Below, piece by piece: positions 47,624 through 58,219 of a stretch of 64,000 nt of DNA. Every line of letters begins with the position of its first letter. Position 1 is the stretch's first letter. The notes beneath the pieces are model-generated. The model worked only from the letters and a program-made list of their open reading frames with translations. It was not told the origin of the DNA and ran no database searches. The stretch comes from Candidatus Eiseniibacteriota bacterium (lineage in GTDB: Bacteria; Eisenbacteria; RBG-16-71-46): positions 6,281 to 70,280 of the forward strand of contig JACRIW010000047.1 in the NCBI GenBank assembly GCA_016215625.1, read 5' to 3'. The position numbers were made by a program, and so were the translations under genes.

Positions 47624-50217
47624 GGCCGCGGCATCCGCGGCGCGTTCTCGCACTCGTCCATCGCGCCGAAGTCCCCGATCGGCGGCCCCGGCGGGATCTC
47701 GGGCGCGACGCCGGCCGAAGCCGAGGTGCTCGTTCCGCCGGAGGTGCGCGCGAGCCAGCGCGTCACGTCGCCCGCGAGCGTCGCGCGCAGCGCACGGTCG
47801 GCCGGGTCGAGCCGGCCGCCGCCGGATGCGAGCGTCGCGGCCAGCGCACGCAACCGCGCTTCGAGCGCCGCACGCACGGCGGGCGTCTGTCCGGGCTCCG
47901 CCGCGGCGGAGAGCAGCCGGTGCGCGGTCACGGCCTGCACCGTGCGGCGGATCTCCGCCAGACGCGGCGGCAAGGGCGCTTGGCCACCGAACACGCGTCC
48001 CACGATCGCGTTCAGCACTTCGTCGAGCGACGGCAGCGACTCGTCCCGGCGATGGAAGTCCACGAGACGCGCGAGCCGCTCGTTCGGCAGCAGCGTCGCG
48101 AGCGCCGCGTCGGCCGCGGTCGCCGCCGCGCCGAGCGCGTCGAACGCCGGCGCGGTGCGCGAGCCGAAGAACTCGCGGTGCGCGGGATAGTCGAGCGCGG
48201 GCGGCACGAGCTTGCCGAGCAGCGGCTCGGGCAGGTCGAGCTCCGCGGGATCGAGCGCCACCAGCACCGCGGCGAGCGCCGCGCGCTGCTTCGCCGCCGC
48301 GACCGGCGTCGCAGGCGCCGAGCCGTCGCCGAGCACGGCGTACGAATAGTCGAGTCCGCCGATCGACTTGGCGGCGGCCTCGAGCGCGTAGCGGTGATGG
48401 AAGTAGAGCGGCACGAGCGTCTCGATGAGTGTGCCCTGCGCCGTGCCGGGCACGAGCGCGCGATCGCCGAAGCGCGCGAGCGCGATGCGCCGCACGGCCA
48501 TCTCGTGGGTCAGTTCCGCGGCCGGATCGTCGCCGTTGTCCCACATGGCGGCCAGGGGGTGCGCCGCGCCCGCCGGACGCGTGTCGTCGTCGCTCAGGTA
48601 GAGGTGACGCTTCTCGGCGTTCTCGCGCAGGATCGCCGCGAGCCCTTCGCGCTCGGCGGAGGCGTTCGCGTACTGCGAGTACGCGTAGCGCGTCATCTGC
48701 ACGTCCCACACGCCGACACCCACGCCGTAGGCGTTCGACAGGTCGAGCGTGCCGTCCGGACGGATGCCCACGAGCGGGGCGGGATAGTCCATCACCGACG
48801 CACGGCCGCCGTACGTGCTCGCGGCGAAGTTGTGGTTGAAGCCGAGCGTGTGCCCGACCTCGTGCGCGGCGAGCTGGCGGATGCGTGCGAGCGCGAGCAC
48901 GACCGGATCGTCCGTGCCGCCGCTGCCCGTGCGCTCCGCGCCCGCGAGCCCTTCGAAGATCATCCGGTCCTGCCGGATCCGCAGCGAGCCGAGCGTGACC
49001 TGGCCCTTCACGATCTCGCCCGTGCGCGGGTCCACGATGCTGTTGCCGTACGACCAGCCGCGCGTCGCACGGTGCACCCACTGGATCACGTTGTAGCGCA
49101 CGTCGAGCGGGTCGGCGTCCGGAGGCAGCAGCTTCACCTCGAACGCGTCGATGAAGCCCGCGGCCTCGAACGCACGGGCCCACCACGACGCGCCTTCGAC
49201 GAGCGCGCTGCGAATGGGTTCCGGTGCGCCGGAGTCCACCCAGTAGACGATCGGCTTCTTCACGCGCGAGCGAGCGGCCGTGGGCTCGAGCTTCTCGAGC
49301 CGGTGCCGCGCGAGCCAGCGCGTGTCGATGTCGCCGCTCACGGGCTGCGCATAGTCGGCGAACAGGATGCCGGCCGAGCCGCTGCGCGGGTCCCACGCGC
49401 GCGGGGTGTAGCCGCCGTCGGGCAGCCGCACGAGCGACTGGTGCTGGACGATCGTGACGGCCTGCGGCGTGGGCGCGGTCGCGCGCACCTCTCCGCCGGG
49501 CTCGTCGCTCGCGAACGTGAGCGTGGACTCGAACTCGAGGTTGTCCGGGAAGCTGCGGCACTCGCCCGGCTCGAGCACGCTGCGCGCGGGATCGAGCGCG
49601 AACGCGCCCTGCCCGGCGCTGCGAAGCGTCGACGCGACGCCGTGCGCGTCGCGCACGACGAACGGCGTGAAGTCCACGAGCAGCCGGCCGTCGGCCGCTT
49701 CGGCGACGACGTCGCCCGCCCACAGCACCGACGACGCGAACGACTCGCGCACGGCGCGGACTTCGTTGCTGTCGTTCGAGAGCGCGCGGTAGCGCAGGTT
49801 CGGCTGTTCGAGCAGCACGCGCGTGCCCGCGCGGCGGAAGCGCACGACGCGCGCCTCGCCCGCCTGCCCGCGATCGAGCCCGACGGGGTTCGAGCCGAGG
49901 CCGGTGCGGATGCCCTCGAGGAACAGGAACTCGCCGCACTCGCCGCGCGGCCCCGACGGCCGCGGCAGTTCGATCAGCACGCGCCCGGCACGAGCGTCGG
50001 TCCACGTGCGCAGCAGGCCGTCGTGGCGGACGAGCGAGTCGGTGGCCGCGGCGAACGCGTCGGGCCGGAGCGTTCGCGTCCGGGCGGCGGACGTGGCCGG
50101 TGCGGCGAGGGCGAACGGCGGGGGCGCGCACGACAGCGCGAGGGCGGCGAGGAGAACGAGACGACACGGGAGCGGGCGTGCGGCCGGGGTCATGAGCACT
50201 CGCGGGATTCGAGGCAC
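47620..50217 (-). CDS. Secreted zinc-dependent metalloprotease (zincin, HExxH...; DUF5117/DUF4953-like)
   Basis: Signal peptide. HEVGHTLGFNHNF zinc-binding motif. ~860 aa. Confidence 0.75.
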   Translation of the reverse strand: MPRIPRVLMTPAARPLPCRLVLLAALALSCAPPPFALAAPATSAARTRTLRPDAFAAATDSLVRHDGLLRTWTDARAGRVLIELPRPSGPRGECGEFLFLEGIRTGLGSNPVGLDRGQAGEARVVRFRRAGTRVLLEQPNLRYRALSNDSNEVRAVRESFASSVLWAGDVVAEAADGRLLVDFTPFVVRDAHGVASTLRSAGQGAFALDPARSVLEPGECRSFPDNLEFESTLTFASDEPGGEVRATAPTPQAVTIVQHQSLVRLPDGGYTPRAWDPRSGSAGILFADYAQPVSGDIDTRWLARHRLEKLEPTAARSRVKKPIVYWVDSGAPEPIRSALVEGASWWARAFEAAGFIDAFEVKLLPPDADPLDVRYNVIQWVHRATRGWSYGNSIVDPRTGEIVKGQVTLGSLRIRQDRMIFEGLAGAERTGSGGTDDPVVLALARIRQLAAHEVGHTLGFNHNFAASTYGGRASVMDYPAPLVGIRPDGTLDLSNAYGVGVGVWDVQMTRYAYSQYANASAEREGLAAILRENAEKRHLYLSDDDTRPAGAAHPLAAMWDNGDDPAAELTHEMAVRRIALARFGDRALVPGTAQGTLIETLVPLYFHHRYALEAAAKSIGGLDYSYAVLGDGSAPATPVAAAKQRAALAAVLVALDPAELDLPEPLLGKLVPPALDYPAHREFFGSRTAPAFDALGAAATAADAALATLLPNERLARLVDFHRRDESLPSLDEVLNAIVGRVFGGQAPLPPRLAEIRRTVQAVTAHRLLSAAAEPGQTPAVRAALEARLRALAATLASGGGRLDPADRALRATLAGDVTRWLARTSGGTSTSASAGVAPEIPPGPPIGDFGAMDECENAPRMPRP

Positions 50218-50300
50218 TGCGCAAGCGGCGGATGGAGCGCGCAGGATAGGCGGCCCGCTTCGGCGCGGTCCAGACTCGAATGCGCCGCCATGCGGCGCCC

Positions 50301-51176
50301 CTACCCCACCGCCAGCGCGATCACGCCCGCGGCGAACGCGCCGGCCGCGACGAGCCGGCGGCGGCGCTGCCCTTCGCCGAGCACGCGGCCGCCGAGGTAC
50401 GCGCCGATCAGGATGCCGACCTCGCGCGCCGGTGCGATGCGGCTCACCGCCCCCGTGCGCATCGCGAGCAGCACGAGGATGTAGCTGAGCGGCGACAGCA
50501 GCGCGATGCCGAGCACGCGCGCGCGCTGCTCACGCCACAGCCGGGCGATCTCGTCGCGCTGCCCCATCGCGGCGGGCGTGAAGAGCGCGACGCGCGTGAG
50601 CTCCCCACCCCAGTAGAAGAGCAGCGGTGGCACCGCGGCGACCTTCACCGCCCAGCCGTCCCAGAGCGTGTACGTCGCGATGAGCAGCCCGGTGAGCAGT
50701 CCGTACCTCAGGCCCGGACCGATGCGCGTGCGGTCGGCGACCGGTGCGCCGGCCGTGAGCACGAGCACTCCGCCCGCGATGAGCAGCGTTCCTGCGAGCG
50801 CGAACGGCGAGAGCTTCTCCGAGAACAGCAACAGCGCGCCACCGAACGCGAGCACGGGGCCGGTGCCGCGCGCGACCGGGTAGACCAGCGACAGGTCGCC
50901 CACGCGGTAACCGCGCAGCAACGACAGGAAGTACACGATGTGAATGGCGCCGCTCGCCGCCGTGACGCCGAACGCGAGGGGCGACGGCCGCCACGCGCCG
51001 TGCGCGTAGAGCCACAGCGCGATCGGTGCGTAGCACGCGGACGAGATGCCCGTGAGCATCCACATCAGCGCGGCCTGCCGCGAGGAAGGCCCGACCTGCT
51101 TGGCCCAGAGGTTCCAGGTCGCGTGCACGACGGCCGACGCGAGCACGAGCGCGAGCGTGAGGAGGGTCATGTCCAC
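50301..51176 (-). CDS. DMT/EamA-family transporter
   Basis: 10 predicted TM helices, two EamA-like halves. Confidence 0.7.
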   Translation of the reverse strand: MDMTLLTLALVLASAVVHATWNLWAKQVGPSSRQAALMWMLTGISSACYAPIALWLYAHGAWRPSPLAFGVTAASGAIHIVYFLSLLRGYRVGDLSLVYPVARGTGPVLAFGGALLLFSEKLSPFALAGTLLIAGGVLVLTAGAPVADRTRIGPGLRYGLLTGLLIATYTLWDGWAVKVAAVPPLLFYWGGELTRVALFTPAAMGQRDEIARLWREQRARVLGIALLSPLSYILVLLAMRTGAVSRIAPAREVGILIGAYLGGRVLGEGQRRRRLVAAGAFAAGVIALAVG

Positions 51177-51190
51177 CGCACCGTAGCGCA

Positions 51191-51227
51191 GGAAAACGCG
51201 AAGCGCCCGGCCCGAAGGCCGGACGCT
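51191..51227 (-). terminator. Intrinsic terminator downstream of DUF4114 gene
   Basis: Minus strand: gcgtccggccttcgggccgggcgc hairpin followed by TTCGCGTTTTCC. Confidence 0.55.
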
Positions 51228-51254
51228 CGCGGGGGAAGCCTGGGCCGTCGAAGC

Positions 51255-52022
51255 TCAGCGACCGCCCGCCTTCACCGAGCCGAAAGAAGGCTTCAAGGCC
51301 GGTGTCGCGCCGTCCGCGTTGATCTGGAAGACGAAATCGTTGAAATCGTTGTCCGTGCCCGTGCAGCAGTCACCGATCAGCGCGCCGGAGTCGCGATCCT
51401 CGAAACAGACGAGCCAGGTGTTGCGGCCCTTCCACTTGGAGACGTCGAACACGAGCGCCTGCACGTCGCCGTCGAACGGGGCGTGCGTCGCGCCGAGGCC
51501 GGACGGACCGAGGTCGTTGTAGAAGCGGTTCGTGAAGAAGAGCTGGGCTTCCTCGCCCGCCGGCAGCTGGATCATCGTGTGCGTGTCGAGGTAGAAGCCG
51601 AAGTGCGTCAGCCCCGAGGGGAACGTGACGACCGCGCTGGCGCCGGCACCCTGGTCGCCGGTGAACACGACACCGTCCTGCACGCCGTCGATGAAGGGAT
51701 GCGAATAGTTCTCGGCATACCATCCGAGGCCGTTCGTGTTCGCATTGGAGGCGATCTCGGTGATCATCAGCATCGGGAAGCTGCTGCCGACCCAGAACCA
51801 GCCGTCGAGGTCACCCGCAGTGGCGCCGACGTAGTCGGTCTGGACGTTGATCAGGCCGGGCGCGCCGAGGTACGCGTCCACGACCGACTGGAGCTCCTGG
51901 CCCGGACCGTCCCACGTCGTTCCGAACGTCACGGGAACCGGCGAGGCGGCATGGGCCGCGGGAGCGGCGAACGAGGAAACCGAAACGAGGACGGCGACGG
52001 CGGCAGGAAGTATCCACTTCAT
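51255..52022 (-). CDS. Secreted DUF4114-like protein
   Basis: Signal peptide MKWILPAAVAVLVSVSSFAAPAAHA. C-terminal CCTGTDNDFNDFVFQI motif. Confidence 0.6.
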   Translation of the reverse strand: MKWILPAAVAVLVSVSSFAAPAAHAASPVPVTFGTTWDGPGQELQSVVDAYLGAPGLINVQTDYVGATAGDLDGWFWVGSSFPMLMITEIASNANTNGLGWYAENYSHPFIDGVQDGVVFTGDQGAGASAVVTFPSGLTHFGFYLDTHTMIQLPAGEEAQLFFTNRFYNDLGPSGLGATHAPFDGDVQALVFDVSKWKGRNTWLVCFEDRDSGALIGDCCTGTDNDFNDFVFQINADGATPALKPSFGSVKAGGR

Positions 52023-52280
52023 GGTCGGGACTCCTTGGCGTATGGGGGACAGGGCGCGTTTCTGCGCAGGCCGTACGTCACCCGCGCGAAACGCCGTTCC
52101 ACCGGGTCACCCGCAAGGACGGGTCCACGCCCGGGCCGCGCCGGCCCTCCCCGTAAGTGCCGCATTCGCACGGGCGGCGTTCGTCCGCCCCACCCACGAG
52201 GCCTCCTCGCGGGAAGGCCCTTTGTAGAAATGGGTGCCCTCTCCCACGGGCGACACGGCCGTCCGGACGGTGAAACGCGA

Positions 52281-52304
52281 GCGGCCACCCCGAAGGGTGG
52301 CCGC
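52281..52304 (-). terminator. Intrinsic terminator downstream of the Calx-beta giant gene
   Basis: gcggccaccc-cgaa-gggtggccgc 10-bp stem. On the minus strand it is followed by TCGCGTTTCACC. Confidence 0.5.
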
Positions 52305-52338
52305 TGCGATGTCCCGCTCGTGCGACGTCCGGCGCCGA

Positions 52339-55300
52339 TCAGCGCACGATCGCGAACCGGCGGCTGAACACCTTGCCGCCCGCCTCGAAGCGCACGAAAT
52401 AAAGGCCGCGCGCGACCGTCGAGCCGGTCTGGACCGCGGACCAGTTCGCGAGGTGACGGCCGGCGGGCTGGACGCCGCTCGCCAGGACGGCCACCTCACG
52501 GCCCTGCACGTCGAGGATGCTCACGCGCACGCGCGACTCCCGCGGAAGCGCGTACTCGAACTGCACCGCACCGCGCGAGGGATTCGGCATCACGGCGCCG
52601 AGCGCGAACTCGGAAGCCGCGCCACCACCGACTCCCGTCGTGGCGTCCTTGATCTGGAACACCGCGTCGCTCGTGTCGGAGACCGAGTTGCAGTTGCCGT
52701 CCGTCGCCGTGACGCGCAGGAGCGCGGTCGTGCTCGTCGGGCCGGTCACCGTCCAGGCGTACGAACCCGTGTTGGCGAGGCCCGAGGCGAGGTTCGTCCA
52801 GTTCGCGCCACCGTCGCGCGACAGGTCGATCGAGACGGCGCTCACCGACACGTCGTCGCCCGCCGTCCACTGCAGCGAGGCGCTCGTGCCGATGTCGAGG
52901 CCTTCACCACCGTTCGGCGACGTGACCGCGGCCGTCGGCGCCGTCGTGTTGTCGTCGTTCTGGATCGTGCCGGTGACCGGGCTGGCCGCGATGGTCGCGT
53001 TCACGGCGTTCGAGAGCACGACGTCCACCGTCTCGTCGGCCTCACCGCACACGTCGCCGTTCACCGTCACGGTGATCGAGCCGCTCGTGGACTTCGCGGG
53101 AATCGTGAGCGTGCCGCTCCCGGCCACGTAGTCCGTGCCCGCCGTCGCGCTGCCGCCCGACGTCTGCCAGTCCACGGAGACGGCCTGCGAGGTGCCGTTC
53201 GTGAGCGTCACGAGGAACGTGAGCGTCGAAGTGCCCGCGTCCCCTTCGGCGACGGACGCCGGCGACACCGACAGCACCGGACCCGTGTCGTCGTTCACGA
53301 TCGTGCCCACGCCCTGCGGCACGCCGATGCGACAGGCGACCGGGTTCGAGAGCTTCATGAGGAAGTATTCGTTCGGCTCCTGGATGTCGTCGCCGTAGAC
53401 GAGCGCGTTGACCGGCTTGCTCGTCTCACCGGCCGCGAACGTCATCGTGCTGCCGCCCGAGGCGTAGTCGCCGTGCACGACGGTCGCGGTGCTGTCCGCC
53501 GTCGCGATGTCCACGCTCAGCGGCAGGCCGCTGGCGGCGCTCAGCGAGACGACGAACGTCATCACCGCGCTGCCCGTGTTGCCTTCGGTCTGCGCGACGC
53601 TGTTGATGCTGACGATCGGGCTGAGGTCGTCGTTGTTGATGGTGCCGTCGGCGAACGACTGGAAGCCGAGCGTGGCGCCGGAGGGCGACGAGAGGATCAG
53701 CGAGAACGCCTCGTTCGCCTCGTACTTCGTGTCGCCGCGGACGACCACGTTCACCGTGCCGCTCGTCTGGCCGGCGGTCAGCGTGAGCGTGCCCGTGAGC
53801 GCGTCGTAGTCGCCGTCCGCCGTGGTGGCGGTGCCGTCGGAGGTCGAGTAGCCGACGCTCACCGGCAGCCCGGACGCCGCGGAGAGCGAGACCGTGAAGC
53901 CCACGTTCACGGTGCCCGAGTTGCCTTCGGTCACCGCCACCGGGCTCACCGACACCGAGGGCTGCGCGTCGTCGTTGTTGATCGTGCCGGTACCGGTGCC
54001 CGTGCCGATCGTGCAGCCGACCGGGCTCGACAGCGTGACCGAGAACGTTTCGTTGGCTTCGTACTTCGTGTCGCCGTTCACCGTCACGGTGAACGTGCCG
54101 GAAGCGGTGTTCGCCGGGATCGTCAGCGTGCCGCTCGCGGCGGCGTAGTCGCCGTCCGCCGTGGTCGCGGTGCCGTTCGACGCGGCGTAGTTGACCGAAA
54201 CCGCCGAGGCCGACGTCTGCGAGAGCGCGACCGTGAACGTGAAGTTCGTGGTGCCCGAGTTGCCCTCGGACGCCGTCACGCTGTTCACGCTCGCCGAAGG
54301 CGTGCCGCCGATCACGCGCACGATCGCGGCCGACGAAGTCTGGCCGTCCGGGTTCGTGATCGTGAGCGTGTACTTCTCGGCGCCGATGTTCGCGGTCGCG
54401 CTCGAGGTGTTGAGCACGAGGTTCACCGTCGTCGGGTTCACGTACGTGGCCGACACGACCGTCGGCGGCGTACCCGTGGCGGAGCCGTTCGTGATGGAGG
54501 CCGAAAGGTGGTTGAAGGCCGGGACGCCCGGCAGGTTCGCACCCGGATCGAAGAAGCCCGAGCCCGACACCGACGCGCCGGTCAGCACGACGTTCACCGT
54601 CGCCTGCCCCGCGTTCACGTCGGCCAGCGTGGTGGGCGTCGCCGGAGGCGGCGCGATGAGCTTGGTGACGCGCACGCCGTAGGAGTTCGCCGCGTTCGTG
54701 AACTGCGTGACCGACCACATGGTCATGTCGTCGAGCGGGTCCACGCTCGTGTACGAGTAATCACCCCAGCGGCGGCCGACGCCGGCCGACCCGGGGTCGC
54801 TCGGCGGGTTGTACGCGGATGCGGCGGCGGTGATGAGCGCCGGCGTCTGCATGGTGCCCACGGCGTCGCCCGCGAGGCGGCCGACGGTCGCGGCGTTCGC
54901 GTATTCGGCCGAGCCGGCCGTGTTCATGGTCATCGCGACGTGGCCCTGGCCCGACACGTTCACCGACGGCACCCAGTAGCTGCGCTGGTCGGTCAGGTTC
55001 GTGGCGGAGGCGGCGTACACGGTGCCCGACTGCGACAGCGTCGGCGTGCCGCCGACGGGCACGTTGACGTCGTACCAGCGCGAACCGTTGCGCGTGAGCG
55101 TGCCCGAGGAGACGCCGGTGTTGTTCACGCCGACGTTGTGCGCCGTCCAGAGATGCGTGCCGCGCAGCTGCGCCGCGAACAGGCGGTCGTCGAGCGAGCT
55201 GAGGCGGCCGTTGTTGCCGCCGGTGTTGCCGAGGTGCGGCACGAGCACGGGCGATCCGGTCGCCGGCACGGTGATGCCGATGTTGGCCGAGATCGTCGGC

Positions 55301-56388
55301 GTGCCGCCGGGATTCGAGACACGGCGCATCTGGAGCAGCCCCCAGCTCGCGTTGTCCACGCCGATGAAGTAGCCCTCGGTCGCGGCCGGGTCGAAGTTGT
55401 CCACGCCCTGCGGGGTGTAGGGACCGGCGGCGGCCGAGCTGGCGACGAGGCCGTTGAACGCGGTCACCACGATCGGGCCGGCGCCCATGATGGACGTCTT
55501 GCGGACGACGAAGCCGCTCGTGCCCGTGTAGTTCTGGGTCGGCGAGCCGCAGAAGTTGTTCGTGCCGATGTACAGCGCGTTCGCATCGAGGCCGAGCGTC
55601 GGATAGTCCGCGAGGCAGGTCGCCGCGAGACCGAGCGTCGAGATGTCGAAGTAGAAGTACGTCCACACCGTCGAGCCCGAGATCACGCCGGCGCTCGCCG
55701 CGTCGGACACCGCGAAGAGCACGCGGTTCGGCGTCGAGACGTTGATGATGATCATGAACCAGCGGCCGGTCAGGCGGTCGTAGCGGATGCGCGGGTCGCT
55801 CGTGGAGGAGCCGTTCACGACGCTCGCGAAGAACACGTCCGGATCCACGTTGAGCACGCCGTCGGCGATGCCCGTCGTCTTGTTGAACGACACGAGGCGG
55901 CCGTTCACGAACACGACCATCTGCGCCGGGCCGACCGCGCCCATGTTGTCGGGCGGGAACGACAGCGTCGGGTTGGTGCCCGAGAGGGTCGCGGCGGTGA
56001 AGCTGGTGCCGATGGTCTGCGGCGCGAGCGGCTGCGTGATGCGCCCGAGCGGCGCGAGGTCGCGCAGGCTGCCGTCGGCGGCGGACACGAAGGGCGCCGC
56101 GGGATTCTGCGGCAGCGACCGGCGGTCGCGCTTCTGGACGCGCTCTTCCTTCTCCTCGTTGTTGCGCGGCGCGCGGCGGCCGAGCACGTCGGCCTTCGCC
56201 TGGCGTGAGGCGACGTCGGACATCCGTTCGCGGATGCCGACGGCCCCGGTGTGGGACACGCCCCGGATCTCGCCGGAAGCGGCGGGCTGGGCAGCCGTCT
56301 CGGCCTGCTGCGCGTGGACGGTGGGCACGGCGAACAGCATCGCCAGTGCGAGCGAGACGGCGGCGAACGGCGGACGCTTCTGCAGCAT
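52339..56388 (-). CDS. Giant secreted protein (~1350 aa) with 5-6 Calx-beta domains and T9SS-type C-terminal sorting domain
   Basis: Start MLQKRPPFAAVSLALAMLFAVPTVHA after a GGGGAG RBS. Repeated ...GDTKYEANE.F...LS.P.G...G...GTI.NDD Calx-beta motifs. CTD MPNPSRGAVQFEYALPRESRVRVSILDVQGREV...GLYFVRFEAGG. Confidence 0.8.
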   Translation of the reverse strand: MLQKRPPFAAVSLALAMLFAVPTVHAQQAETAAQPAASGEIRGVSHTGAVGIRERMSDVASRQAKADVLGRRAPRNNEEKEERVQKRDRRSLPQNPAAPFVSAADGSLRDLAPLGRITQPLAPQTIGTSFTAATLSGTNPTLSFPPDNMGAVGPAQMVVFVNGRLVSFNKTTGIADGVLNVDPDVFFASVVNGSSTSDPRIRYDRLTGRWFMIIINVSTPNRVLFAVSDAASAGVISGSTVWTYFYFDISTLGLAATCLADYPTLGLDANALYIGTNNFCGSPTQNYTGTSGFVVRKTSIMGAGPIVVTAFNGLVASSAAAGPYTPQGVDNFDPAATEGYFIGVDNASWGLLQMRRVSNPGGTPTISANIGITVPATGSPVLVPHLGNTGGNNGRLSSLDDRLFAAQLRGTHLWTAHNVGVNNTGVSSGTLTRNGSRWYDVNVPVGGTPTLSQSGTVYAASATNLTDQRSYWVPSVNVSGQGHVAMTMNTAGSAEYANAATVGRLAGDAVGTMQTPALITAAASAYNPPSDPGSAGVGRRWGDYSYTSVDPLDDMTMWSVTQFTNAANSYGVRVTKLIAPPPATPTTLADVNAGQATVNVVLTGASVSGSGFFDPGANLPGVPAFNHLSASITNGSATGTPPTVVSATYVNPTTVNLVLNTSSATANIGAEKYTLTITNPDGQTSSAAIVRVIGGTPSASVNSVTASEGNSGTTNFTFTVALSQTSASAVSVNYAASNGTATTADGDYAAASGTLTIPANTASGTFTVTVNGDTKYEANETFSVTLSSPVGCTIGTGTGTGTINNDDAQPSVSVSPVAVTEGNSGTVNVGFTVSLSAASGLPVSVGYSTSDGTATTADGDYDALTGTLTLTAGQTSGTVNVVVRGDTKYEANEAFSLILSSPSGATLGFQSFADGTINNDDLSPIVSINSVAQTEGNTGSAVMTFVVSLSAASGLPLSVDIATADSTATVVHGDYASGGSTMTFAAGETSKPVNALVYGDDIQEPNEYFLMKLSNPVACRIGVPQGVGTIVNDDTGPVLSVSPASVAEGDAGTSTLTFLVTLTNGTSQAVSVDWQTSGGSATAGTDYVAGSGTLTIPAKSTSGSITVTVNGDVCGEADETVDVVLSNAVNATIAASPVTGTIQNDDNTTAPTAAVTSPNGGEGLDIGTSASLQWTAGDDVSVSAVSIDLSRDGGANWTNLASGLANTGSYAWTVTGPTSTTALLRVTATDGNCNSVSDTSDAVFQIKDATTGVGGGAASEFALGAVMPNPSRGAVQFEYALPRESRVRVSILDVQGREVAVLASGVQPAGRHLANWSAVQTGSTVARGLYFVRFEAGGKVFSRRFAIVR

Positions 56389-56590
56389 GAGGACTCCCCG
56401 GAGAGGTGGAGTGGGAGGCAAGGATGTCAGGGGGCACCCGGGGCGGCACGCCGTGGACGGCGCACGGAGGGGCGGAATGCGTGTCCCTGCGGTTCAGTGG
56501 GCGAAAAGTATAACCCGGTCGCAACCTCATCGGTCGCGCGGACCGCGAGATTTTGCACATTTTCGCGGCCGGGTTCGGTCCTGCGGTCCG

Positions 56591-58219
56591 TCAGGGGGCC
56601 AGGCCGGCCTCGGATCGGCGGGCCAGAAGCCCCGGATGGAGCGCTTCGGCCTCGGCCAGGTGCGCCCTCGCCGCGTCCGCCATGCCCGACTGGGCCCAGA
56701 GTTTCGCCACCTGGAGGTGCGCCTCGGCGCCCTTGCCGCACGCGAGCAGCCGTCCGTCCGCGTTCGCGACGAACACGAGCGCCACGCTGTCGGCCGGCTC
56801 GACGGTGGTCGCCAGCCGTACGGACTTCAGCTGTGGGAACAGCGCGCGCAGCCCGCGCCCCTGGTCGAGCACGGCGTCGAGCAGCTTCTGGCGCACCGCG
56901 GCCCGGGTCGTATCACCCACCAGCCCGCCCTCGCGCACGCTGAGCACGAAGCGCGACTCGGGCGTGTCGTAGATGACGATCGCGGTTTCCTCGCGCGGCA
57001 GCTGGCGCTCGAGCGTGACCGCCGCGTTGCGCACGACCTCGAGCCGGCGCTGGAACCCGTCGCGGGGCAGGTTCACGCGCTCGATGCGCGCGCCCTCGGC
57101 CGCGGCGAGGAACATGCCGGCCGTGGCGAAGTGCAGGAAGACGAGTACGCCCGCCCCCGCGACGGCGAGCTTCGCGCGCGCGGGCGAACCCGCGGCGCCG
57201 CGCAGCGCCCGGTCGAGCACCACGGCGAGCATCACCGAGCCGCCGATCCCGGGCACGTAGAGGTAGTGGTCGTACACGGCGTTGCGCAGCGGCAACACGG
57301 GCAGCAGCGCGAGCGCCCACAGCCACAGCCCCGCGCGCGCCGCGCGCTCGCCCGAGCGCCAGGCGAGCAGCACCGAGAGCGCGAGGAGCGCCGCGCCCGC
57401 AGCGCCCCAGCCCGGCGTGAGCGGCGACGCCACACCGCCGAACAGGTGCAGCAGGTCGCACGACCAGATCGTGTACGTGAGCAGGTGGTCGAGCACGTGC
57501 GGACCCACGCCCACGGCGTACGCCTCACCGCCGAGCGATCCCGTCGAGCCGCGCGTCGCGAGCACGTACGCCCACACCGCGAGACCGAGCGCGAGCGGCA
57601 CCACCGGCAGCCGCCGCTTCTCACCCGCGGGCGGCGCGAGCCAGGCGACCATCGGCGCGAGCGCGGTGGTCTCCTTGCAGAAGAGCCCGAGGCCCTGCGA
57701 AACGGACGCGACCACGTCGCCGCGGCGCGTGCGGCGCTCGAGCGCGATCAGCGCCACGAGCAGCAGCGCCGCCGAGAGCAGCTCGCCCACGCCCGAGACC
57801 GGCCACACCGCCGTGCGCAGGCGCGCGTTCGTGCCGAACAGCGCGGCCGCGGTGAACGCGGCGAGCGGCGTCGCGCCGAGGCGGCGCGCCCACACCGCGG
57901 TGAGCGCCGTCACCGCGGCGTGCAGCGCGAGGTTCCACGCGTGCCAGCCGAACGGGGCAGTCCCCAGGATAGGCATGAGCCCTTCGAACCACAGCCGCCC
58001 GGGAATCACGCGCCAGAGCGTCGCGGGATGCGGCGCGACACCCTGCACGCGCTCGAACAGGATGAGGTCGTCCGTCGTGAAGAACACGTTGAGCGCGCCG
58101 CGGTGCAGCCACGCGGCGAGCAGCGCCGCGGCGACCGGCGCGATCGCGCCCCACGGCAGCGCCGCGCCGGCGCCCGGGCCCGGACGCGCGGCGGGATGCT
58201 TCGGACGGACCTTGCTCAC
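56591..58219 (-). CDS. Polytopic membrane protein, putative PMT/ArnT-like glycosyltransferase with C-terminal soluble domain
   Basis: GTG start overlaps MCC-beta stop (GTGA). ~11 predicted TM helices. Function inferred only from topology. Confidence 0.45.
   Translation of the reverse strand: MSKVRPKHPAARPGPGAGAALPWGAIAPVAAALLAAWLHRGALNVFFTTDDLILFERVQGVAPHPATLWRVIPGRLWFEGLMPILGTAPFGWHAWNLALHAAVTALTAVWARRLGATPLAAFTAAALFGTNARLRTAVWPVSGVGELLSAALLLVALIALERRTRRGDVVASVSQGLGLFCKETTALAPMVAWLAPPAGEKRRLPVVPLALGLAVWAYVLATRGSTGSLGGEAYAVGVGPHVLDHLLTYTIWSCDLLHLFGGVASPLTPGWGAAGAALLALSVLLAWRSGERAARAGLWLWALALLPVLPLRNAVYDHYLYVPGIGGSVMLAVVLDRALRGAAGSPARAKLAVAGAGVLVFLHFATAGMFLAAAEGARIERVNLPRDGFQRRLEVVRNAAVTLERQLPREETAIVIYDTPESRFVLSVREGGLVGDTTRAAVRQKLLDAVLDQGRGLRALFPQLKSVRLATTVEPADSVALVFVANADGRLLACGKGAEAHLQVAKLWAQSGMADAARAHLAEAEALHPGLLARRSEAGLAP

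Noticed and set aside
47117-50224. 1035-aa ORF spanning GNAT and protease regions
   Set aside because: Only its last 168 codons (the GNAT acetyltransferase) show protein-like composition. The remainder is the alternate frame of the zinc metalloprotease gene.
50282-50298. Hairpin gcgccgc-cat-gcggcgc downstream of the DMT transporter as terminator
   Set aside because: Short stem and no U-tract on the relevant strand. Not reported as a feature.
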